A stretch of 64,000 bases of DNA from Candidatus Fermentibacterota bacterium. GTDB taxonomy: Bacteria > Fermentibacterota > Fermentibacteria > Fermentibacterales > Fermentibacteraceae. The DNA is taken from NCBI GenBank assembly GCA_963718745.1, contig OY970370.1:140821-204820 (forward strand), in the 5' to 3' direction. The notes below the pieces were generated by a model. It was not told where the DNA came from. It saw nothing but the letters and a program-made list of their open reading frames with translations, and did not search any database. Below are positions 46,967 through 56,537 of this stretch, piece by piece; the stretch's first letter is position 1, and each line of letters starts with the position of its first letter. A program made the translations under genes and the position numbers.

Positions 46967-47260
46967 ATGAGCCAGGAAGACGGGCGCGACCTTTCCGAGG
47001 AGAACCTGGTCAGGGTGCATACCGCCTCCTGCGAGATCGAGGCGCTCTCGATCGTGGCGATGCTCGAGGCGGAGGGTGTGGACTGCGCCTCCCAGAGCAG
47101 GCAGATGCCCATGTACGACGGGATCGCGCAGGTCTTCAACCCGGACTGGGGATACATCCTGGTCAGGGAGGGTGATCTGGAACGGGCCAGGTTGCTCATC
47201 GAGGAGTTCCTGACGGATCCTGGCGCAGCAGACGAGGACGGAGCGGAGGACGAGCAGTGA
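46967..47260 (+). CDS. DUF2007 (putative signal-transducing, PII-like fold) protein
   Basis: LVRVHTA..EALSIVAMLEAEGVDC..ILVREGDLERARLLI. Confidence 0.75.
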   Translation: MSQEDGRDLSEENLVRVHTASCEIEALSIVAMLEAEGVDCASQSRQMPMYDGIAQVFNPDWGYILVREGDLERARLLIEEFLTDPGAADEDGAEDEQ

Positions 47261-48861
47261 TCCATTCTCTCGCACTGGCGGTGATCATGACTGCATTCGA
47301 GCCATCGACGGATGCCGCAGCCGGCCTTTCCGAACTCACTGATTACGCTCGTACGGGCTCGTTCTCCGGCGACCCTGGACAGCTGGTCCAGACGATGATG
47401 TCCCTGGGCGGCGGATATGCGAGGATGGCCGCCTGGGCTTCGTGGTCCGCAGGAGAACCTTTGTCCGTGGGTCCGGAACCATGCCTCCTCGAGTTCGGAT
47501 CGGGGGAGCCGACGCGGGAGATGCTTGCAGGGATCGACCCGTTCTCCGCGGTCGAATCCCTCATGCTCGGAGTGCTGCACGAGTTCGCAAGGGGCGAACA
47601 GCCAGCGCTCCCGGTCCTTGTCGACAGCCTGGTATCGTCGAACATGGAGAGGCTCCCCGAGTCGACGATCCGCCTCGTGCTGCAGGTTTATGGAAGACTC
47701 GGGAGGGGCGGGCTCGAGCAGCGGATCGATCAGGCGGCGGACGGGGCCATCAGGACTGCTGTCCTGCGCTATCTCGCGGAGACCGGTGGCGCTGCCGGCA
47801 TCGATGACATGTCGTCCCCCGTGCCCCTCCAGAGGATCTATGCAGCCCGGTCGCTGCCCGTGGGAGAACTCGGGCAGCTCCTGTCCGATCCTCTGTGGGC
47901 GGTGCGGTACGAGGCTGCCGGGCGCGTCGATGTCTCCCTGCTGCCTGCCCTTCTCGCCGATCCCGACCCCTATGTCGGGCTGAGGGCGGCATCCAGGATG
48001 AAACAGGAGGGGATCGAGGGTTTCCATGACAGGGCCGGGGAACTGGCTCTCCTTCCGGGACCCGTGGGCAACCAGGCGGTTTCGCTCCTGGGTGCGGAGG
48101 ACGAAGACCTCATCGCCCTCCTGATGCGGAGCGGGGAACCGGGCCGCAGGCTCGCGGCTGTCGAAGCCTGGCTCGGCGCCGGGCTTTCGTTCAACCCTGA
48201 GATGGAGGAGGATCTGCTGAGGGATCCCTACTGGATAATTCCGGCCGTTTTGATAGAGAACATGGCGGCATCGGGAGACACGATCCGGGCCGGGGAGACC
48301 GCCAGGCGGCTGCTCGCCACGAGCGACGACAGGGATCTCAGACAGGCCCTGGCCGGGTTCCTGGAGACCGGACTCCCCGAGGGGGAGAGCCGCGGCGACC
48401 TCCCCGAAGGCCTTTCCGGATTCAGGACGGTGCAGCACGCGACGATCCACACCGATCAGGGAGACATAGAGCTTCAGTTGATGTCCGATTTCGCGCCGGT
48501 CACGTGCAGCGCCTTCTGCTGGCTTGCCTGGAACGGATTCTATGACGGCCTGTACTTCCACCGGGTGATACCGGGGTTCGTAGCCCAGGCGGGCTGCCCG
48601 CAGGGCAACGGTCTGGGAGGTCCCGGGTTCTCGCTGCCCAACGAGCGGAGCCTCATGCGCTTCCGGCGCGGGGTCGTCGGGATGGCGGATTCCGGACTGG
48701 ACACCGGAGGCAGCCAGTTCTTCATAATGCTGGACGACCACGACAGGCTCGACTGCCGGTACACGGCCTTCGCCGCCGTCGCGGGGAGCGATTCCATACT
48801 TGACAGGATCACGGTGGGTACGAGAATAGAGTCCGTCTCTCTGGAAGGCCCCGGCGACTGA
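47257..48861 (+). CDS. HEAT-repeat protein fused to cyclophilin-type peptidyl-prolyl isomerase
   Basis: DPLWAVRYEAA / DPDPYVGLRAA repeats; GFYDGLYFHRVIPGFVAQAG, VGMADSGLDTGGSQFFI. Confidence 0.88.
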   Translation: MIHSLALAVIMTAFEPSTDAAAGLSELTDYARTGSFSGDPGQLVQTMMSLGGGYARMAAWASWSAGEPLSVGPEPCLLEFGSGEPTREMLAGIDPFSAVESLMLGVLHEFARGEQPALPVLVDSLVSSNMERLPESTIRLVLQVYGRLGRGGLEQRIDQAADGAIRTAVLRYLAETGGAAGIDDMSSPVPLQRIYAARSLPVGELGQLLSDPLWAVRYEAAGRVDVSLLPALLADPDPYVGLRAASRMKQEGIEGFHDRAGELALLPGPVGNQAVSLLGAEDEDLIALLMRSGEPGRRLAAVEAWLGAGLSFNPEMEEDLLRDPYWIIPAVLIENMAASGDTIRAGETARRLLATSDDRDLRQALAGFLETGLPEGESRGDLPEGLSGFRTVQHATIHTDQGDIELQLMSDFAPVTCSAFCWLAWNGFYDGLYFHRVIPGFVAQAGCPQGNGLGGPGFSLPNERSLMRFRRGVVGMADSGLDTGGSQFFIMLDDHDRLDCRYTAFAAVAGSDSILDRITVGTRIESVSLEGPGD

Positions 48862-48895
48862 CCGCGCGGGGTGCAACAGGCCTGAAAGGGTGAGT

Positions 48896-49891
48896 ATGGC
48901 GAAGACTATCAAGAATATCCTGGTTACAGGAGCGGTGGGTCAGATCGGCAGCGAACTGACTCTCGCCCTGCGCGAGAGGTACGGAGCCGAGAACGTGGTT
49001 GCGACCGGCAGGAAGACAGCCCCGGCAAGGGAACTCGTGGAGTCCGGACCCTTCTACTTCATAGACGTGACGAAGCGGGCCAGCCTCGATGTGGTCATCC
49101 GCAAGCACCAGATCGACACGGTCTTCCACATGGCCGCCATCCTCTCGGCCGTGGGCGAGAAGAACCCGCAGATGTGCTGGGATGTCAACATGAACGGCAC
49201 GATCAACGTCCTCGAGGCAGCACGGGACTACGAGATGACAAGGGTGATAATACCCAGTTCGATAGCCGCATTCGGCCCGGAGACCCCCAGGCACGGGACG
49301 CCGCAGGAGACGATACTGAAGCCCAGGACCATGTACGGCGTTACCAAGGTTGCCGGCGAGCTGCTCGCCGACTACTATGTCCGCAGGTTCGGCGTCGACG
49401 CGCGCGGCCTGCGCTACCCCGGCATCATCTCGGCCGAGACCCTCCCGGGCGGCGGGACCACCGACTATGCGGTCGAGATCTACTACAAGGCCGTCGAGCA
49501 GGGGAGCTACAAGTGCTTCGTGCGCGAGGACACTGCGCTGCCCATGATGTACATGCCCGACTGCATAAAGGCGACGATGGACCTGGCTGAGGCGGACTTC
49601 TCGAAACTGAAGCATTACAATGACTTCAACCTGGGTGCCATGTCCTTCACCGCGGGCGAGCTTGCCGCCAACATCGCGAAGCACGTCCCGGGCTTCACCT
49701 GCACCTACGAGCCCGACTTCAGGCAGAAGATCGCGGACTCCTGGCCAACGAGCATCGACGATTCCGCGGCAAGGCAGGAATGGGGCTGGGCGCCCGCATG
49801 GGACCTGGACGCGATGAGCGCGGACATGCTTTCGAAGCTCCGTGCACGCCACGAGAAGGGCGAGCTCTACAAGGGCGCAGCCGCGGAGTAG
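48896..49891 (+). CDS. L-threonine 3-dehydrogenase (SDR/epimerase-type)
   Basis: TGAVGQIGSEL, HMAAILSAVGE, PSSIAAFG, MYGVTK, GGGTTDYA, MMYMPD, RQKIADSWP. Confidence 0.92.
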   Translation: MAKTIKNILVTGAVGQIGSELTLALRERYGAENVVATGRKTAPARELVESGPFYFIDVTKRASLDVVIRKHQIDTVFHMAAILSAVGEKNPQMCWDVNMNGTINVLEAARDYEMTRVIIPSSIAAFGPETPRHGTPQETILKPRTMYGVTKVAGELLADYYVRRFGVDARGLRYPGIISAETLPGGGTTDYAVEIYYKAVEQGSYKCFVREDTALPMMYMPDCIKATMDLAEADFSKLKHYNDFNLGAMSFTAGELAANIAKHVPGFTCTYEPDFRQKIADSWPTSIDDSAARQEWGWAPAWDLDAMSADMLSKLRARHEKGELYKGAAAE

Positions 49892-49911
49892 CCAGATCAG
49901 AGCCCTGACGG

Positions 49912-49940
49912 GGGCCGCCTTCGGGCGGCCCTCTTCGTTT
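49912..49940 (+). terminator. Intrinsic terminator after the threonine dehydrogenase gene
   Basis: GGGCCGCC-TTCG-GGCGGCCC stem with C(UUCG)G loop followed by TCTTCGTTT. Confidence 0.75.
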
Positions 49941-50007
49941 CGGTGTCCGGTTTCCGGTATCCGGCTGGCGAATACCGGGAGCGGGGACCGCCATGCTGTT
50001 GCTGTGA

Positions 50008-53000
50008 CTAGAGATGCCGGGCCAGGACGACTACGGCTGCCTTGTCACGGACTTCGCCGCCGTCACCCTCGAGCCTGGCATGGATGATGTAGCGCCCGAC
50101 CGGGAGGCTCCGGCCGTCGTCATCCAGGCCGTCCCAGGAAGTCAGATGGGTCCCTCCCGAAGGGGAGTCGTCCGAAAGCCTCCTGAGCAGGCGGCCCTGC
50201 ACGTTGAAGATGTCCAGCGTCACCAGGCCTTCGCCCTCGACCCGGATCGTCAGGACGTCATCGACTCCGTCTCCGTCGGGAGAGAACGGATCGGGCCACC
50301 AGTCGAGGAATCCCTGGAACTCCGGACCCGGGTTGTAGACCGAGTTCACTTCTCCCGGGGTTCCTCCGCAGGAGCAGGAGCTCCAGGATGCCGCGCGCCA
50401 GCCTCCTGCAGCAGGGTCGGTCTTCTCCAGGCTGACGCCTGCAGCACCACCCCAGGAAACGTCGTACGGGACCATGTCCAGCACCTGGCCGCCGGGCAGG
50501 GTAAGCCGGACGTCGTCGGCGTAGTCCTCTCCGGGCTGCGTCTGGTCGTTGAGTGCGGGCCAGGACGGAGGTTCGAGAAGCGCACAGGGGTTCTCCGGCC
50601 AGGCGTCACGGAAGCCGGCCGAATCGGACGTGATCACTATGTAGCCGGCGGGGGGGAGGACGATCGAATCGACGGTGACCACCACCTCCTCGTGCGAATC
50701 CGACAGGATCATGCCGGCGAGGGGGCGCGGCGACTCCGACAGGTTGAATAGCTCCAGCCATTCGGGCTCGCCCGGGTCCGGGTGGTACATGATCTCGTTG
50801 ATCACGATGTCGCTGTTCATGTTCCATGCCACGTCCAGGGTGTCGTTCCAGGTCGCGCTGTCCGCTCCGCACGCCGTGAAGACGACGAGCGGAGTCTGCC
50901 CGGAAGGAGCGGCCCACACGGCCTCGAGCAGGAGTGTGTCGCCGGGTGAGGGTGGTTCGGGCTGGGCTGCCTGTATGATCTCGGAAGGGGAGGGTGTGCC
51001 CGAGTAGTCCAGATCGCCGTAGATCCACACCGAGAGCGCTCCCTCGGGGGCGGACTCCGTCCCGAGGTTCGTCACGAGTGCTGATATCCCGACTATCTGA
51101 CCCTCCTCGCCGAAGGGAGGCTCCATGAGGATGGAGACGGGAGAGAAGTCCACACCCGTCTGTATCGATGGAGGACCCGCGCCGGGCGTGGGATCGGCCG
51201 CCGCCCAGTTTCCCTCCGCGTCCGGGCCGGAGGGTGTTATCCTGTGGAGCGAGAGCCCCTCGCCGGGGTCGAACGGGATGGAGTCGAGGCCGTCGTCGTC
51301 GCAGAACAGCGGATCGTCCCCGATGAGGGGGGTCCCGAAGGTGCTCGCAATGTCTGCGGCCGAGGTCCCGGAGGCTTCGTAGAGGATCAGCGGGTCGGTC
51401 CCCGAGAGACCGTCTCCAATCGTCGTGTTGGACACGGTGACGGCCCTCGTACCGGGTGCGAAGTCCCATGGCTGCGAGCCCAGGGCGTATTCGGGGTCGA
51501 GGAGGACGGCATAGGCCCCGGCCGGGATGAACCTGCCGGGGGTGATGTCCGGGTCCGTGAGCTGCCCCGGGGTGCCGCTCCACTCCGTTATCACATCCAG
51601 CCCGTCTCCGTCGCAGATCCCGCACCCTTCGAGATCGAAGACCCCCGGCCCGGGGAACCAGATCTCCACGAACTCGTCCCTGTCCTCGTCCTCCGGGTTG
51701 CAGAGCACCTCCGAGATCACCGGCGGTGTCCATTCGCCGCAGGAGAAGCCTTCCAGAGCGGTGTCGTTCGACGGGTCGGAATCGTCCGGATCGCTGACGG
51801 TCGCTCCCAGGAGCCAGCAGCCGTCTTCGAGGTCCAGGATGGATACGAGCGTGTCGATCTGGCCCGGGATGCTGTACGGGACCGCCATCACGGCGGTGAC
51901 CTCCGCAGGCGAGGCTGTCGAATCCGCGTCGAGGTCGAGGAAGAAGGAGACCGAAGCCGAAGAGGCGGGGAGCCCTCCGCAGTTCCAGACCGAGGCCAGC
52001 AGCGTGACCGCCTGCCGGGTCGAGCCCGAAGGTGCCGCAACGATCCGGAGATCGACGAGACAGAGATCGAGAGAATCCTGCCCCGGGGGGACCGATCCCG
52101 GTGATCCTCCTTCGGCGGATGCCTGCCAGTTGAACTCTGCATCCGGTCCGGACAGGTGGATCCTTTCCACCGAGAAGCCGTTGCCGGGGTCGAACGGTAT
52201 GCCGTCCAGACCGTCGTCGTCACGCATGAGGGGATCCTCGGAATCGACGGGGGTGCCATAGGTCGAAAGTACGTCCTGGATTCCCGTCCCCCAGGGACCG
52301 TACAGGGTGACCGGATCATCCGCAGTCAGGCCGTTCCCGATCGTAGTGTTCGCGACGGTGACGACAACTGTCGAATCGGGGAATGGGTAGGGGCTCGAAC
52401 CGGAAGGGTACTCCGGATCGAGTACGAGAGCCGTCCTGCCCGAGCAGAGCCACCCGGACGCCACGGCCCCCGGCCCTGGAGGCGGGCCGGTCCATGGGAC
52501 GATCGTGTCGACCGCGTCCCCGTCAGTCAGAGAAGACCCGCACAGGGGAAAGGTCCCCGGGCCCGCGTAGTGTATCTCGACGTATTCGTCGCAGTCCTCG
52601 TCCAGCGGGTTGGCCATGGCTTCGGAGACTACGGGCGGGACCCCTCCTCCCGGCGCCACGCAGGCCGAAGCCGCATCGTTGGCCGATGTTGTGTCCTCGC
52701 TGCAAAGGGCTCTGCCGGTCAGGCAGTACCAGCCGGTTTCCAGGGAGACCGATGCGGTGAGCGTGTCCCTGGCACCGGGGAGCATCCCGGCGGTCGATCC
52801 GGAGGCGAGGATCTGGTCGCCCGGTCCAGGGATCGAGTCGGCATCGAGGTCGAGGAACAGCGATATGGTTCCGGGAGGGCATGGCTGCGATCCCGAATAG
52901 AGGAAGAATGCGGAGACACCGAAAGGGGAGCCCGGCTGTGGCTGGGTTTCAGACGTGACGACACCGGTGCAGGAGAGATCGACCCCCTGCGTGGAGCCCC

Positions 53001-53604
53001 AACCGGTTCCGGGAGAGCCGCCCGGCGGACCCGCAGCCCAGCTCCCGTCCTGGTCCGGCATCGAGGGCAGCATTCGTTCGACGCTCGATCCGTCGCCGGG
53101 ATCGAACGGGATGCCGTCGAGCCCGTCATCGTCGCGCTCCGACCAGACATCGGACGGGATGGGTGTGCCGTACGTCGATACTGCGCAACTGTCTGCGGTG
53201 CCTGTTGCGTCGAACAGGGTGAGGGGATCGGTCGAGGCGGCCAGCCCGTTGCAGAGCGAAGCATCGCCTGTCGTAATGATTATTGTGCCAGCAGGGAAAT
53301 CGTAGGCTGGCGCGGATGCGTAGTCTGTCTCCAGGATGACTGCATAAGCGCCGGCCGGTATCGAGGTTGTTCCAGTGACCGCGTCCGAGTCGGGGAAAGG
53401 ACCGTAGATCCCCTCGTCCCACGGCAGGATCTCGTCGAGTGCATCTCCGTCGGTGATGAGGAATCCGGCCAGGTCGGAGGGGGACACGGAAGGGTTGAAG
53501 ACCTCCACGAACTCCGTCGCGTCCTCGTTCAGAGGGTTGGCCATGACCTCGGTGATCACCGGGGTCTGCCCCGACAGGATGACAACGGCCATCTGGATAA
53601 ACAT
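50008..53604 (-). CDS. Large secreted protein: repeated lamin-tail (LTD) and CARDB-like modules with FlgD-Ig-like C-terminus
   Basis: Repeats VITEVMANP / VVSEAMANP / VISEVLCNP / VINEIMYHP; DDDGLD(G/S)IPFDPG x3; C-terminal PFSPDGDG..IFNVQGR..WDG..LPVGRYI. Confidence 0.8.
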   Translation of the reverse strand: MFIQMAVVILSGQTPVITEVMANPLNEDATEFVEVFNPSVSPSDLAGFLITDGDALDEILPWDEGIYGPFPDSDAVTGTTSIPAGAYAVILETDYASAPAYDFPAGTIIITTGDASLCNGLAASTDPLTLFDATGTADSCAVSTYGTPIPSDVWSERDDDGLDGIPFDPGDGSSVERMLPSMPDQDGSWAAGPPGGSPGTGWGSTQGVDLSCTGVVTSETQPQPGSPFGVSAFFLYSGSQPCPPGTISLFLDLDADSIPGPGDQILASGSTAGMLPGARDTLTASVSLETGWYCLTGRALCSEDTTSANDAASACVAPGGGVPPVVSEAMANPLDEDCDEYVEIHYAGPGTFPLCGSSLTDGDAVDTIVPWTGPPPGPGAVASGWLCSGRTALVLDPEYPSGSSPYPFPDSTVVVTVANTTIGNGLTADDPVTLYGPWGTGIQDVLSTYGTPVDSEDPLMRDDDGLDGIPFDPGNGFSVERIHLSGPDAEFNWQASAEGGSPGSVPPGQDSLDLCLVDLRIVAAPSGSTRQAVTLLASVWNCGGLPASSASVSFFLDLDADSTASPAEVTAVMAVPYSIPGQIDTLVSILDLEDGCWLLGATVSDPDDSDPSNDTALEGFSCGEWTPPVISEVLCNPEDEDRDEFVEIWFPGPGVFDLEGCGICDGDGLDVITEWSGTPGQLTDPDITPGRFIPAGAYAVLLDPEYALGSQPWDFAPGTRAVTVSNTTIGDGLSGTDPLILYEASGTSAADIASTFGTPLIGDDPLFCDDDGLDSIPFDPGEGLSLHRITPSGPDAEGNWAAADPTPGAGPPSIQTGVDFSPVSILMEPPFGEEGQIVGISALVTNLGTESAPEGALSVWIYGDLDYSGTPSPSEIIQAAQPEPPSPGDTLLLEAVWAAPSGQTPLVVFTACGADSATWNDTLDVAWNMNSDIVINEIMYHPDPGEPEWLELFNLSESPRPLAGMILSDSHEEVVVTVDSIVLPPAGYIVITSDSAGFRDAWPENPCALLEPPSWPALNDQTQPGEDYADDVRLTLPGGQVLDMVPYDVSWGGAAGVSLEKTDPAAGGWRAASWSSCSCGGTPGEVNSVYNPGPEFQGFLDWWPDPFSPDGDGVDDVLTIRVEGEGLVTLDIFNVQGRLLRRLSDDSPSGGTHLTSWDGLDDDGRSLPVGRYIIHARLEGDGGEVRDKAAVVVLARHL

Positions 53605-53707
53605 GCAGGAAGCGTATTCCGGCGGCGGCCCTGCGTCAAGAGGCCGTGTCCCGGGCGATCCGGTGCCTTATGTTCGGGGCTGCCGAAGCCCTCGAGGAAG
53701 GACTGAC

Positions 53708-55618
53708 TTGGACAGAGGCCCTGAGAAAAAGCCCGCTGGGCGACTGATCCGCTTCGTACGGCCGTACTCCGGTACCGTGGCCGTTGCGATGATTTGTGCC
53801 GTGGTGTACGCCCTCTCGAGCGGAGCATCGATCGGCATGATACTGCCCGTTTTCGACGATGTCCTGGGCAACAGCGAAGGCGGCGCATCCGGCAGGTCCC
53901 TCCCTGAAATACTCGAGAGCGACGTCCTCCCCGTTCTGGGAGAGGCGTTCACGAGGCTGGCCGCGTTCGAACTGAGAGAGTCCGCAGCCGGATTCACCGA
54001 TGCGGGCGAAGCGGCCCGGGCCGCCCTGAGGGAGGCACCCCCGCTCGAATCCCTCGCTCTCGTGATCTCGTTCATAGTGATCCTCATCGTCCTCAAGAAC
54101 ACGTCGGCCGTCCTCCAGACCTTCTTCCTGGCCAGGGTCGAGCAGGGAGTCCTGCTGGACCTCCGGAGGACGCTCTTCCGCCACATCCTCGGCCTGGATC
54201 TGGATTACTTCGCGAGGAGCAGGAGCGGCGAGCTCCTCAGCAGGATGACGGCGGATGTCGACAGGCTGAAGGGTGCGATCTCCGAGGCCCTGGTCAACGT
54301 CGCGAAGCAGGTGGTCCTGCTGGCCGTGTTCCTCTCGATAGCACTCATGGCATCGTGGAAGCTGACGCTCGTGACCATAGCCGTGATGCCTCCGAGCGCC
54401 ATCGCGATAACGGCTCTCGGCAGGAGGCTCAGGAGAAAGAGCCACAAGGCGCAGGAGAAGATGGCCGATTTCGCCTCGGTGCTTCAGGAGTCCGCCCTGG
54501 GCATCAGGGTCGTGAAGGCTTTCTCCATGGAGGAGTTCGAGCAGGCCAAGTTCGACAGGATCCTGCGCTCCCATGCACGCTTCGAGACCTCCCTGCAGAG
54601 GCTCAAGGCCCTTGCAGGCCCCCTGACCGAGATAATAGGCGCAGCTGCCAGCGCGCTCATCTTCTGGTACGGCGGGAACGCGGTCCTGGGAGGATCGGGG
54701 ATGACCCAGGGCCAGTTCTTCGTGTTCCTGGGCGCGGCGCTGTCGATGATGGACCCCGTGAAGGACCTCAGCAAGTCCATAACCAGGATACAGGCCGGAA
54801 TGGCTTCGGGAGACCGGGTGTTCACGATCCTCGACGAGCAGCCTTCCGTGGTCGAGGCGCCGCACCCGGTGGAGGCGGACGGCCTCAGGGAATCGGTCGT
54901 GTTCGAAGATGTCTCGTTCTCGTACGACCGTGAACAGGTGCTCCATGACATCGACCTCACCCTGCATGCGGGCGAGGCGGTGGCTCTCGTCGGACCAAGC
55001 GGGGCGGGGAAGAGCACTCTCGCCGACCTCCTGCCCAGGTTCATCGACCCTTCCGCCGGGAGGATACTGCTCGACGGAACGGACATAAGGGACCTGAGCC
55101 TGAAGTCCCTCAGGGCGCTGGTCGGCGTGGTGACGCAGGAGACAGTCCTGTTCAACGACACCGTCAGGAACAACATCGCCTACGGGATGAGCGCCATCCC
55201 GCTCGAGAAGGTGCGGGAGGCGGCATCGGCCGCCAACATCCTGGATTTCGTGGATGACATGCCCGAAGGCTTCGACACCGTCATCGGAGAACGCGGCGTG
55301 ACCCTGTCCGGAGGCCAGAGGCAGAGGCTTGCGATAGCGAGGGCCATCCTGAAGGACCCTGCGATCCTCGTCCTCGACGAGGCGACCTCCTCGCTCGACA
55401 CCGAATCGGAGCGCCTCGTACAGAGGGCTATAGAAAGGCTCATCAAGGACCGGACGGCCCTGATAATCGCCCACAGACTCAGCACGATACGCCATGCCGA
55501 CAGGATCCTCTTCCTCGAGGCCGGGCGGATAGTCGAGAGCGGCACACATGACGAGCTCATCGCCAGGGACGGCCGTTACAGGAGGCTCTATGACCTCCAG
55601 TTCTCCGACATCGCCTAG
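53708..55618 (+). CDS. MsbA-like ABC exporter (TMD plus NBD)
   Basis: TTG after GGAAGG; GELLSRMTAD, GPSGAGKST, LSGGQRQR, ILVLDEATS; adjacent to GT9. Confidence 0.92.
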   Translation: MDRGPEKKPAGRLIRFVRPYSGTVAVAMICAVVYALSSGASIGMILPVFDDVLGNSEGGASGRSLPEILESDVLPVLGEAFTRLAAFELRESAAGFTDAGEAARAALREAPPLESLALVISFIVILIVLKNTSAVLQTFFLARVEQGVLLDLRRTLFRHILGLDLDYFARSRSGELLSRMTADVDRLKGAISEALVNVAKQVVLLAVFLSIALMASWKLTLVTIAVMPPSAIAITALGRRLRRKSHKAQEKMADFASVLQESALGIRVVKAFSMEEFEQAKFDRILRSHARFETSLQRLKALAGPLTEIIGAAASALIFWYGGNAVLGGSGMTQGQFFVFLGAALSMMDPVKDLSKSITRIQAGMASGDRVFTILDEQPSVVEAPHPVEADGLRESVVFEDVSFSYDREQVLHDIDLTLHAGEAVALVGPSGAGKSTLADLLPRFIDPSAGRILLDGTDIRDLSLKSLRALVGVVTQETVLFNDTVRNNIAYGMSAIPLEKVREAASAANILDFVDDMPEGFDTVIGERGVTLSGGQRQRLAIARAILKDPAILVLDEATSSLDTESERLVQRAIERLIKDRTALIIAHRLSTIRHADRILFLEAGRIVESGTHDELIARDGRYRRLYDLQFSDIA

Positions 55619-56537
55619 AACTGCAGTCCTGAGGCTGCATTCCCTGGGGGACGTGATCCTCTGCCAGCCGGCAGCGTCCCTGCTGGCCGGCGAGGGTCCT
55701 GTCGTGTTCCTGACCAGGAGCGGGTACATGCCCGCCGTCGAGAGGTTCGGATCGGGGATCACCCCCGCATGCGTCCCGGAGCGTACCGCACACACCGCCA
55801 TCAGGAGGATCGTCTCGGAATTCCGCCCCGACAGGATAGTCGATCTGCAGGGCAGCCTCACCACGCTTCTCGGGACCTGGCCTGCGCGGACTTCGCGGTT
55901 CTCGACGGACAGGGCTCTGCGCAGGCTCGCACTCCGCGGGAGAGCGCGGATGCCGCTGCGATACCTGGAGTTCGCAAGGACCGCCGGCTTCCCGGGATCG
56001 GATCCACCGATGCTCCAGAGGAGAACCGCACCGGCGGGCGATCCATCCGTAGGGCTCGTATGCGGTGGGCGATGGAGGCTCAAGAGCATTCCTGAAGGTG
56101 TGCTCGCGGAGCTCGCGCGGCTGTTCACGGACCTGGACGGCGCAAGGGTGACGCTGATAGGGGGTCCGGAAGACAGGGAGTCGATTGCCAGGGTAGCCGC
56201 CGGGACAGGCAGGAAGGGCATCCATACCTATTGCGGCAGCGGCGGGGTAGGCGGTCTGCTCGACACTCTCGAGAAACAGAGCATCGTGATCTCGCCCGAC
56301 TCCGGACCGGCCCACGCCGCCCGGGCCCTCGGCGTGAAGACACTGGTGGTGTTCACCTCGACCTCTCCCGCTCTCGGGTTCTGGCAGGCGGAGGGATCCT
56401 ACGGACCTTCGGCCCCGTGCAGCCCATGCCACAGGCACGGGGGCGCCGGATGCAGGCTCGGGCATGAGGACTGCAGGGATTCCCTGCTTCCCCTGGACAT
56501 CCGCAGGGCCGCCCTCTCGGAGGCGTCCGGAGGATGA
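55590..56537 (+). CDS. Glycosyltransferase family 9 (heptosyltransferase-like)
   Basis: RLHSLGDVIL, IVDLQG, ISPDSGPAHAARALG, CSPC..C. Confidence 0.88.
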   Translation: MTSSSPTSPRTAVLRLHSLGDVILCQPAASLLAGEGPVVFLTRSGYMPAVERFGSGITPACVPERTAHTAIRRIVSEFRPDRIVDLQGSLTTLLGTWPARTSRFSTDRALRRLALRGRARMPLRYLEFARTAGFPGSDPPMLQRRTAPAGDPSVGLVCGGRWRLKSIPEGVLAELARLFTDLDGARVTLIGGPEDRESIARVAAGTGRKGIHTYCGSGGVGGLLDTLEKQSIVISPDSGPAHAARALGVKTLVVFTSTSPALGFWQAEGSYGPSAPCSPCHRHGGAGCRLGHEDCRDSLLPLDIRRAALSEASGG

